A stretch of DNA of 64,000 bases, from contig JAVEVC010000001.1 in the NCBI GenBank assembly GCA_034005245.1, positions 161,999 through 225,998 on the forward strand, in the 5' to 3' direction. The DNA is from Bacteroidales bacterium. Lineage in GTDB: Bacteria; Bacteroidota; Bacteroidia; Bacteroidales; VadinHA17. Both the position numbers and the translations under genes were made by a program. The notes under the pieces were generated by a model. The model saw only the letters and a list, made by a program, of their open reading frames with translations. It was not told where the DNA came from and did no database searches. Below are positions 19,704-28,171 of the stretch, piece after piece; within the stretch, counting starts at the first letter, position 1, and every line of letters begins with the position of its first letter.

Positions 19704-20777
19704 TTAATTTGTTTTTGGCCGGTACTTGATCTGAACTTCCTCGGATGCTGCAATATTTTCATCTACAGTCAGCAATCCGAACTCTTTAACAACATCTTCT
19801 GCCTTAATACTCTTGTCGAGGCTTGCAATGGTAATATTGCTTGTATTATCCCATACCGTTATATCCAGCCGGGAACCGTATTTTTTCAATATATCAGGTA
19901 GTTTCTGGTTTGTTGGCCAGGTCGAAGTGCAGACCTTATTAAAGCTGATCCCGGCCCATACATATCGTATGAAGGTACTGCTTGATGCAAGATCATTTCC
20001 CGACATATCAATTATCCTTGCGTCTCCACCGGTGCTTGATATGATATAGCAGCCACATCGGAGAGCATGATAATTCAATATCCTTCCCCCGGGGAAAGCT
20101 GATGAAAAGAATATGATATCAGCCCCTTGCTTCCTGCAGTTATCCCATCCGTCGAACCAATTGGCATCATAGCATATCTGCATGCCTGCCTTTCCAAAAT
20201 CTGTCTCGATAAGGGGCTGGTCTTTTGCCCCCGGTCTTATGCCAACATCATCAGTTATGCTCTGCGGAAGGATCTCCGATTTCACAGGGTGGATTTTGTT
20301 GTATGCGCCGGCAATATGACCCTTGCGGTCGATCAGAAGACTGCTGTTGTAGTAGTGCCCGTCTTTCCTGGTATAAACAGGACACACAATATAACAGTTA
20401 TGCTTTAATGCAAATTCTGCTATCCTTCTGGTAACCGGGCCCGGATCTTTTTCGTCTTCGGCTACCTCGCTCATTTTATAGTTTTCCGATACCCAAATAG
20501 TATCGAACAACTCAGGCAAGCATATAATATCGGGGTGAATGCCTGCCACTTGCTCCATCCTCGCCATAATCTTTCCGATACGGGATTCCCTTGAAGTATC
20601 CGGCCATAATCCCTTCAGGTCGACACTTGCCACAACGATTTCCCCGGGAAGCTTTTTTTGATCAGGTCCCTCTCCTGCATTGCACGAGGGCATGGAAGCT
20701 GCTGCCAGCCCGGCTCCAAGACTTAATGAAGTATTCCTTATGAAATTCCTTCGTGAGACTGTTTTTTTATTCTCCAT
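19704..20777 (-). CDS. carbon-nitrogen hydrolase (nitrilase superfamily) with a Tat signal, possibly a lipoprotein
   Basis: The N-terminus is MENKKTVSRRNFIRNTSLSLGAGLAAASMPSC. The triad contexts are DIICLPELF, AYNKIHPV and GMQICYDAN. Confidence 0.75.
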   Translation of the reverse strand: MENKKTVSRRNFIRNTSLSLGAGLAAASMPSCNAGEGPDQKKLPGEIVVASVDLKGLWPDTSRESRIGKIMARMEQVAGIHPDIICLPELFDTIWVSENYKMSEVAEDEKDPGPVTRRIAEFALKHNCYIVCPVYTRKDGHYYNSSLLIDRKGHIAGAYNKIHPVKSEILPQSITDDVGIRPGAKDQPLIETDFGKAGMQICYDANWFDGWDNCRKQGADIIFFSSAFPGGRILNYHALRCGCYIISSTGGDARIIDMSGNDLASSSTFIRYVWAGISFNKVCTSTWPTNQKLPDILKKYGSRLDITVWDNTSNITIASLDKSIKAEDVVKEFGLLTVDENIAASEEVQIKYRPKTN

Positions 20778-21034
20778 AGGATCCTGAATGTTTATAGTGG
20801 TAATGAGGGTTTATTGCTTCTACAAGTTATCATTTTCCTGCCAGATTTATTTCAAGGGCAGAAAAAAAAATCAACCGACAACTATAAACCGGATTTTTTG
20901 ATATGCAAGCCCATAAAAGGCCTGGTTGCAGTTGGAGCGCACTGTAACATCAGGGGATATCAATAAACTGATGATGAACAACAAAGACCGTGGAAGGAAA
21001 GTCACGGTTTCAGGACTTAAACCAAGTAAGTCGA

Positions 21035-21655
21035 TCAGGAAACCGTTCCGGATCTTTTATTCAGCATTGACTTTGCAACCAGATAAATTACGAAAACCAA
21101 TCCTATGCCGATCAGTATATGGGACAAATAAGGATATATCTTGTCGCGCAGGTCATAAATATAAAAGCCTATAACTGCAAGAATTATGTTCCAGATACCC
21201 GCACCTGCAATGGTGTAAATTGTGAAATCACGCAGGTTCATATTAGCTAGGCCTGCCGGTATTGATATCACTTGACGCACAGCCGGGACCAGGCGACCAA
21301 TGAAAGTTGACGACTTCCCGTATTTGAGGAAATAGTTTTCAGCTTTTATAACTTTTCCCTTTGAAAGAAGCAATATCCTGCCGGCCTTTGAATCAGCCAA
21401 ACTGTATACTATTGCCCTTCCCAGGTACTTCGAAAGAAAATAATTCACATACGCTCCTGCCAATGCCCCCATTGTGCCTGCAATTACAACACCGAAAATA
21501 TTCAGTTCTCCCTGCGCTGCCTTGTATGCGGCAAATGGTATTATGGCTTCTGAGGGGAATGGGATAAACGAACTCTCGATAACCATAAGAAGTCCTACCG
21601 TGAAATAATTCAGGTTGGACATATACCAGTCGAGAACGGATTGAAAAAACTCCAT
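21035..21655 (-). CDS. DedA/VTT-family membrane protein
   Basis: It carries a DedA-like core: YGKSSTFIGRLVPAVRQVISIPAGLANMNLRDF. Confidence 0.75.
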   Translation of the reverse strand: MEFFQSVLDWYMSNLNYFTVGLLMVIESSFIPFPSEAIIPFAAYKAAQGELNIFGVVIAGTMGALAGAYVNYFLSKYLGRAIVYSLADSKAGRILLLSKGKVIKAENYFLKYGKSSTFIGRLVPAVRQVISIPAGLANMNLRDFTIYTIAGAGIWNIILAVIGFYIYDLRDKIYPYLSHILIGIGLVFVIYLVAKSMLNKRSGTVS

Positions 21656-21684
21656 GCGAAATGTTATTATGTTTTACGAAAGGC

Positions 21685-21692
21685 CAAAGATA
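21685..21692 (-). promoter_or_regulatory. putative -7 promoter box (TATCTTTG)
   Basis: Exact TAnnTTTG on the minus strand, 29 nt upstream of the ATG at 21655. Confidence 0.4.
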
Positions 21693-21844
21693 TTCTATTC
21701 CTGTTAAAACGCGATAATTGTGTTTAATATATGTATTGTCTTATTTTTAATATTCCCGGGTTTTATCAGGATCTCAATTTGAAAAGGTTTGCTAAATTTA
21801 AGACCTGTTTAAATTAAAACCCGACGAATTAGCCATAAATACCA

Positions 21845-23305
21845 ATGATCACATTTTTCATTTGCATCGTCATACTTATTCTCGGTTATGCTATTTATTC
21901 CAGATATATCGAAAGGATTGAAAAGGTTGATTCAGGCCGTCAGACTCCTGCATATAAAAATAATGATGGTGTGGATTATGTACCAATGCCCTGGTGGCGC
22001 GTATTCCTGATTCAATTCCTCAATATAGCAGGCCTGGGTCCTATATTTGGTGCGATTGCCGGAGCCATGTGGGGACCCGTAGCTTTTATATGGATTGTAC
22101 TCGGCTCTGTATTTGCCGGTGCTGTACATGATTATTTTTCCGGGATGCTTTCAATACGCCATAACGGATTGAGCATCACTGAAATCATAGGCATATACCT
22201 TGGGAAAGGAACAAAGCAGCTGATGCGCGGATTTACAGTAATCCTCATGATCCTGGTCGGTGCTGTCTTTATAACAGGCCCTGCAAAGATCCTTTCTGGC
22301 TTTACAACGGATTTCGCAGGAATGACCTTCTGGGTGTGGATGGTTTTTGCATATTATGTCCTGGCAACAATGCTTCCGATAGATAAAATCATCGGAAGAA
22401 TATACCCACTATTTGGTTTTGCACTGATCTTTATGGCTCTGGGGCTCATCACAGCTTTACTTGTAAAAGGTTATCATATTCCCGAACTCAGCCATGCCAA
22501 TATGAAAAATTTCCATAATGATGCCGGCAGATTCCCGATATTCCCCATGATGTTCATAACTATTGCCTGCGGAGCTATTTCAGGTTTTCACTCAACCCAG
22601 TCTCCGCTCATGGCACGATGTTTAACAAATGAAAAACTTGGCAGGAGGGTCTTTTACGGAGCTATGATATCAGAAGCGGTGGTGGCTATGATATGGGCAG
22701 CAATCGGTATGTCTTTTTACGGAGGTGTCAGGGAACTTAACTCAGTAATGGCTGAACACCAGGGAAATGCTGCTTATGTAGTAAATGAAGTATCAAATTC
22801 TCTACTGGGAAAGTTTGGAGGATTGCTTGCACTGCTTGGAGTTGTTGCAGCACCGATAACTTCCGGCGACACCGCATTCAGGAGTGCAAGGCTTATTGTT
22901 GCTGATTTTCTGAAATTTAAGCAGGGACCTGTCAGGAACCGCCTGATGATAAGCATTCCGCTTTTTGCTGTCGGTTTTTTTCTTACCCGGATCAACTTTG
23001 ATATAATATGGCGTTACTTCGCCTGGTCGAACCAGACCCTGGCAATGGTTGTCCTTTGGGCTGTAACTGTCTATCTTGCAGGTTCAAAGAAGTTTTATCT
23101 TGTAACACTTATTCCCGCTGTATTTATGACAGCTGTTACAAGTACATATCTCCTTCTGGCTCCTGAGGGATTCTCCCTCTCACCTGTGATCTCCTATACA
23201 GGCGGATTAATAGTGTCTATTGGGGCACTTGTGGCTTTCAGCCTTTATCTTGGCAAGAGCAGGAAGACTTCCCAAAATAACCTGGCAGATCAATCCACTA
23301 AATGA
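21845..23305 (+). CDS. cstA: carbon starvation protein A family transporter
   Basis: 486 aa and polytopic, with a CstA-type N-terminus (DYVPMPWWRVFLIQFLNIAGLGPIFGAIAGAMWGP). Confidence 0.8.
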   Translation: MITFFICIVILILGYAIYSRYIERIEKVDSGRQTPAYKNNDGVDYVPMPWWRVFLIQFLNIAGLGPIFGAIAGAMWGPVAFIWIVLGSVFAGAVHDYFSGMLSIRHNGLSITEIIGIYLGKGTKQLMRGFTVILMILVGAVFITGPAKILSGFTTDFAGMTFWVWMVFAYYVLATMLPIDKIIGRIYPLFGFALIFMALGLITALLVKGYHIPELSHANMKNFHNDAGRFPIFPMMFITIACGAISGFHSTQSPLMARCLTNEKLGRRVFYGAMISEAVVAMIWAAIGMSFYGGVRELNSVMAEHQGNAAYVVNEVSNSLLGKFGGLLALLGVVAAPITSGDTAFRSARLIVADFLKFKQGPVRNRLMISIPLFAVGFFLTRINFDIIWRYFAWSNQTLAMVVLWAVTVYLAGSKKFYLVTLIPAVFMTAVTSTYLLLAPEGFSLSPVISYTGGLIVSIGALVAFSLYLGKSRKTSQNNLADQSTK

Positions 23306-23355
23306 CGCTGAAACTAAGACAACCTTTTGTAAAATAGAATATTATACGGATTCCT

Positions 23356-25323
23356 TCAAATGATCCTTTTTATCCTTTTATATTCCCTCTGCTCAATTGT
23401 GATAGGTACTTTCTCCTCAATGGTACATGTGGGATCAAGGGACAACGTCCTGACATCTCCAATATCGAGCTTCCTCGATATATTGTGAAGGAAAAGCGTG
23501 AAATTCTCCCAGGCTGAAAGTTTATAATCGCGGGTCATAATGCGGTCGATGAGGATAAACATGAAGTCGCCCTTTACATCATGCTTCTTAAGCGACTCAT
23601 ATTTACTTGTAAGATCAATTTCGCCAGAGTCCTCCAGGTCCTTGAGAATCTCCCTGAAATACAGGTTTATTCTTGGTTCCACTTTGAATCCTATATTTAT
23701 ATCGATCTTCACCAATACACCCGGGATCAGGTAATGTACCTGATAATCAAATCTCTCAGGATCATCAAGCCTGTTAACATGGATGAACCAGTACCTGTCG
23801 GCACGCTTGGGCTGCTTATTGAAGATAGAATAGATAACTTTTGATTCAACCTGGTCTACACGGTTTGCCTTTACAATATAGCACAAGTTTGTAGCTGTTT
23901 TTGGAACAGTGGTATCCTTTGAAAGATCCCTGAACAGATCAGTATAGTTTTTTAGGTTAACGAAAGTAACATACTTATTCTTAATTTTCCTTCCGAAGTA
24001 CCATCCGTAAAGGAGTATAACAAAACAGGCAGCGATCATTACTGTAAACCAGCCCCCGCTTCTCAACTTACTAAGATTGGCCATAAGGAAGCTTCCTTCA
24101 ATTGTCAGAAAAACCATAAGTAAAATAAGAACAAGCCTGTGGTTCACTCCCTTCTGGTACAGGTACAATGAAAGAAGAATCGTTGTCATTATCATTGCCA
24201 GGGATATTGAAAGACCGTATGCAGCTTCCATATCCGACGATTCCCTGAAGAGGATAACGGTCACGCTGCACGCTATCCACAGCAACCAGTTGACAGCCGG
24301 AACGTATACCTCACCTTTGTTGACAGACGGATTGGATATTTTCAATTTTGGCAGGAAATTTAGTGAAATAGCCTCACTAACAAGAGTATACGCTCCAGAA
24401 ATAATTGTCTGACTGGCGATCATGGCTGCAACTATTGCAATAATTATACCCGGAAGAAGGAACCATTGTGGCATGATTGAAAAGAACGGATTAGTTCCTT
24501 CTGCCATTCCTCCCTGCATGACCAGCCATGCACACTGACCGGAATAATTGAGTAATAATGAGATCTTAACGAATATCCATGTCACCCTGATATTCTTAAT
24601 GTCGCAACGGCCCATTTCCGTATAAAGAGCTTCAGCTCCTGTGACAGAGAGAAAAACGAAGCCCAGCAGAACGAATCCCCCGGGATATTCCGAAAGAAAC
24701 CTGATTACATAAACGGGATTCAGAGCCTTAAGGACATCGGGATATTCCGTTATACGGAAAAGTCCAAGCACCCCGATCATTAAAAACCAAATCACCATTA
24801 CAGGGCCTGAAAACAAAGAAACAATACCAGCTCCATACTGCCTTATAATAAACAAAGCGGCAATAACCAGGAGAACAATGGCTACTACATTAATGTCTGA
24901 ACCCTGAGTTTTGAATCCTTCAACAGCCGATGTAACGGATAAGGCAGGAGTAATAATTCCATCGGCAATCAATGCACTTGCCCCTACCATTGTAATAACA
25001 GCAATCCATGAGTTTCTTGATTTTAAAAGGGCAAACAAGGCATAAATACCACCTTCCCCCCTGTTGTTATGTCTAAGGATAATGATGATGTATTTCAAGG
25101 TCGCCTGGAATGTTAGTGTCCAGAAAATGCATGACAGTGATCCGAATATCAAAAGCTCATTGAACTCTTTCCCACGACCAGCTATTGCCTTCATTACATA
25201 TAAAGGGCTGGTGCCCAGATCACCGAAAACTATTCCAAGGGTAAGCACTAAGCCGGTTAGTGAAAATCTCTTCAGATAAGGAACTGCGGATGACGCATCC
25301 ATCGAATTGCCAAATATTTTCAT
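23356..25323 (-). CDS. kup: KUP/HAK/KT potassium uptake transporter
   Basis: 655 aa with the GDLGTSPLYVMKA signature near the N-terminus. Confidence 0.85.
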   Translation of the reverse strand: MKIFGNSMDASSAVPYLKRFSLTGLVLTLGIVFGDLGTSPLYVMKAIAGRGKEFNELLIFGSLSCIFWTLTFQATLKYIIIILRHNNRGEGGIYALFALLKSRNSWIAVITMVGASALIADGIITPALSVTSAVEGFKTQGSDINVVAIVLLVIAALFIIRQYGAGIVSLFSGPVMVIWFLMIGVLGLFRITEYPDVLKALNPVYVIRFLSEYPGGFVLLGFVFLSVTGAEALYTEMGRCDIKNIRVTWIFVKISLLLNYSGQCAWLVMQGGMAEGTNPFFSIMPQWFLLPGIIIAIVAAMIASQTIISGAYTLVSEAISLNFLPKLKISNPSVNKGEVYVPAVNWLLWIACSVTVILFRESSDMEAAYGLSISLAMIMTTILLSLYLYQKGVNHRLVLILLMVFLTIEGSFLMANLSKLRSGGWFTVMIAACFVILLYGWYFGRKIKNKYVTFVNLKNYTDLFRDLSKDTTVPKTATNLCYIVKANRVDQVESKVIYSIFNKQPKRADRYWFIHVNRLDDPERFDYQVHYLIPGVLVKIDINIGFKVEPRINLYFREILKDLEDSGEIDLTSKYESLKKHDVKGDFMFILIDRIMTRDYKLSAWENFTLFLHNISRKLDIGDVRTLSLDPTCTIEEKVPITIEQREYKRIKRII

Positions 25324-25349
25324 CGCTCAGAACAATGGCCAAAACCAGC

Positions 25350-25357
25350 CAAATTTA
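25350..25357 (-). promoter_or_regulatory. putative -7 promoter box (TAAATTTG)
   Basis: Exact TAnnTTTG on the minus strand, 26 nt upstream of the kup ATG. Confidence 0.4.
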
Positions 25358-25507
25358 ATAATTAATACCCTTAGTTTAAATTTATCGAAGAATAATATGA
25401 AACCGACCGGATTTTATGTTTCCCAATTATGTTTGACAGTTTACTAAATCATAATTTTCAGATATTTACGTTGATTATTTATCAGCATAAACAAAAGCTT
25501 TCCCCAA

Positions 25508-26629
25508 ATGTGCCGGCTTGGGATTTATATTATTCTGATAAGCATTACACAGGGATTGTTCTCCCAGGATACTATCATATCTTCCAAAAAGATATCTCTT
25601 CTTTTCATCGGAGACATAATGTGCCATGACGAACAGTTAAGGTCAGCCAGTAAAACCGATACATCCTCCTATAATTTTGATGACGTCTTTATCTTCATCA
25701 AGCCCCTGATAATGGAAGCTGATATTGCCATAGCAAACCTGGAAGTAACCCTTGACGGATCTCCATACAGGGGATATCCGCGATTCAGCTCTCCTGTTCA
25801 GCTTGCAGAAGCATGTCGCAATGCTGGAATAGATTACCTTGTAACGGCAAACAATCATTCAGCCGACCGCGGAAAAAGAGGAATAATAAACACAATTGCC
25901 AGACTCGACAGTCTGGGAGTACACCATACGGGAACCTTCACATGCCAAGCTGAAAGGGATACTGCTTATCCTCTCATTATTAGGAAAAATGGAGCTTCAT
26001 TTGCCCTGCTTAACTACACCTTTGGTACAAATGGCATTGAGGTTCCATCCCCTGTAATTGTAAATATGATCAATAATGATCAGATTACCGCCGATATAAT
26101 CAGAGCCAGAGAGCTTTGTCCCGATAAGGTGATCCTCTTCCTGCACTGGGGAACAGAATATGACTCCATCCCCTCTGAGATCCAGCACGAAACAGCCGGT
26201 TACTTCATTGAAGCCGGGGCTGACCTCGTAATAGGTTCTCATCCCCATGCGATCCAGAAAATGGTATGGCAAACCCGGAAGGATGGCAATAAAGACGAAG
26301 TAATCATTTACTCATTGGGGAATTTTGTTTCAAACCAGAGAAAACAGGGAACTGACGGGGGAGCAATGGTGAAAATAGATTATGAAAAGGAAGAAAACCA
26401 GCTCGTTGTGTCTGATGCATTTTATTACCTGACATGGGTTTATACCCCTGTAACAGAAGATGGCAAGAAGTTCTATATTCTGCCTTGTTACAGATTTGAA
26501 AATGACAGCACATTTTTCAACAGCGGAAAGGATTACAGGAAGATGAAGGTTTTCATAAATAATTCCCGGAGGCTTCTTGGGAATCAGAACATTAATGTGA
26601 GGGAATTGCAATCCCATATTGATAAGTAA
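25508..26629 (+). CDS. CapA-family (PGA_cap) metallophosphoesterase-like protein, secreted
   Basis: Signal peptide ...TQGLFS|QD, then a CapA-like LLFIGDIMCHDEQL and GSHPHAIQ. Confidence 0.7.
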   Translation: MCRLGIYIILISITQGLFSQDTIISSKKISLLFIGDIMCHDEQLRSASKTDTSSYNFDDVFIFIKPLIMEADIAIANLEVTLDGSPYRGYPRFSSPVQLAEACRNAGIDYLVTANNHSADRGKRGIINTIARLDSLGVHHTGTFTCQAERDTAYPLIIRKNGASFALLNYTFGTNGIEVPSPVIVNMINNDQITADIIRARELCPDKVILFLHWGTEYDSIPSEIQHETAGYFIEAGADLVIGSHPHAIQKMVWQTRKDGNKDEVIIYSLGNFVSNQRKQGTDGGAMVKIDYEKEENQLVVSDAFYYLTWVYTPVTEDGKKFYILPCYRFENDSTFFNSGKDYRKMKVFINNSRRLLGNQNINVRELQSHIDK

Positions 26630-26746
26630 TGAGAGTTTATCGGAAGTGCAATTACATCTTTATGAATAATTAACAGAGAGCCGGAAGAAATATTCAGATT
26701 TTATGAATATAATTGCAGAAATTAAAACAATTTCCTGAAATAAAAA

Positions 26747-27457
26747 ATGGATAATTCAATCTGGCTTCTTTCTGTAACCGCAGTTTCGCTTGGATTCTTC
26801 CACACGCTTCTCGGGCCTGATCATTATCTGCCGTTCATCGTGCTAAGCGAGGCAAAAAAATGGAGTACAAGGAAAACAATGGTAATTACTTTCCTTTGCG
26901 GTCTGGGACATGTTCTCAGCTCAGTAGTTCTTGGGTTGGTAGGAATTATTGTCGGCATATCTGTAAACAGGCTTGTTGAAGTGGAATCCTTCAGGGGCAG
27001 CATTGCCGGATGGCTGTTTATTGCTTTCGGGCTGGTATACATGATCATCAGCATACGCAACCTTTACAGAAAAAAGACTCATACTCATTCCCACTTTCAC
27101 CTGGGGGGTGACAAGCATTCCCACGAGCATGATCACATGAAGGAACATGTGCATATCCATGAAACAGATGTCGTAAAGACAACTCCCTGGATACTTTTTC
27201 TGATATTTATTTTTGGTCCTTGTGAACCACTCATACCTGTCCTTATGTATCCTGCTGCCGAGAACAATATACCCGGCGCCATTCTTGTATCTATCCTCTT
27301 TTCTGTGGTTACAATAGCTACAATGATGTCAATAGTACTTGCCTTCAAGCTTGGATTCTCCAAAATAAACCTCAAACCCGTAGAGAAATACAGTAACCTG
27401 ATAGCAGGTGCAATGATTTTCTTTTCAGGCATAGCAATACAATTTCTGGGACTCTGA
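26747..27457 (+). CDS. metal (Ni/Co-type) transporter with a His-rich loop
   Basis: Six or so TM helices, FHTLLGPDH in TM1, and a central loop HTHSHFHLGGDKHSHEHDHMKEHVHIHE. The family call (NicO/RcnA-like) is tentative. Confidence 0.5.
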   Translation: MDNSIWLLSVTAVSLGFFHTLLGPDHYLPFIVLSEAKKWSTRKTMVITFLCGLGHVLSSVVLGLVGIIVGISVNRLVEVESFRGSIAGWLFIAFGLVYMIISIRNLYRKKTHTHSHFHLGGDKHSHEHDHMKEHVHIHETDVVKTTPWILFLIFIFGPCEPLIPVLMYPAAENNIPGAILVSILFSVVTIATMMSIVLAFKLGFSKINLKPVEKYSNLIAGAMIFFSGIAIQFLGL

Positions 27458-27497
27458 TCACTGTTTTACGATCCTTTCGTTATTGGGTTTTAATTAT

Positions 27498-27505
27498 TAG
27501 CTTTG
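27498..27505 (+). promoter_or_regulatory. putative -7 promoter box (TAGCTTTG)
   Basis: Exact TAnnTTTG, 18 nt upstream of the ATG at 27524. Confidence 0.4.
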
Positions 27506-27523
27506 CAAAAAAGGCAAGGAACA

Positions 27524-28171
27524 ATGAATTACGATTATAACACCCAAAGGAAAAAGATGGCATTGCCTGAGTATGGGAGGAATGTTCAGAAAATGGTCGA
27601 TCATATTATGACCATAGAGGACAGGGAAGAGAGAAACAGGGCTGCCAGGACGATCATTCAGATAATGGGGAACCTTAATCCCCAAATACGTGACATAGGT
27701 GACTTCAAGCACAAGCTATGGGATCATCTGGCCATTATTGCTGATTTCAAGCTCAATATTGATTCTCCATTTCCACAGCCTGATCTGTCGAAATTCATTG
27801 AGAAGCCAAAACTTATACCTTACAGGCAGGGTGATATCAGATATCTGCATTACGGAAGAATAATTGAGCTTATGATAAATGCAGCATCCGAAATGGAGGA
27901 AGGAGAAGAAAAAGAATACCTTACTAACCTGATATTAAATCAGATGAAAAAATCTTACGTCACATGGAACAGGAGCCAGGTGAGCGATGAGGTTATTATT
28001 GGAGACATGAAACTATTATCAGGGGGAAAGTTGAAAATTACAGAAGGCATAAAGATTCTGGATGTAAAAGATCTTATCTCTCCTGTAAAAAAGAAGCCTC
28101 AACAGGGCAAATCTCACGGGAAACAGCAAAATAAGCAGTTCATTAAGAAAAAAGGATACAGCCGTCATTAA
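27524..28171 (+). CDS. DUF4290-like protein
   Basis: It starts MNYDYNTQRKKMALPEYGRNVQKMVDH... and lies directly upstream of murA with a 1-nt overlap (TAATG). I recall this as the usual Bacteroidota arrangement. ATG chosen over the TTG at 27503. Confidence 0.7.
   Translation: MNYDYNTQRKKMALPEYGRNVQKMVDHIMTIEDREERNRAARTIIQIMGNLNPQIRDIGDFKHKLWDHLAIIADFKLNIDSPFPQPDLSKFIEKPKLIPYRQGDIRYLHYGRIIELMINAASEMEEGEEKEYLTNLILNQMKKSYVTWNRSQVSDEVIIGDMKLLSGGKLKITEGIKILDVKDLISPVKKKPQQGKSHGKQQNKQFIKKKGYSRH

Noticed and set aside
19703-19762. The track start at 19762 for the downstream C-N hydrolase, and the analogous long starts at 52251 (DUF4492-like), 6642, 7234 and 61580.
   Set aside because: Each extension overlaps the upstream gene or the promoter box. 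Each has an internal ATG that gives a sensible N-terminus with tight coupling or correct promoter spacing.
20926-21174. An 82-aa ORF spanning the intergenic region and the 3' end of the DedA gene on the opposite strand.
   Set aside because: It is basic and low-complexity, overlaps a well-supported gene antisense, and has no motif or promoter box.
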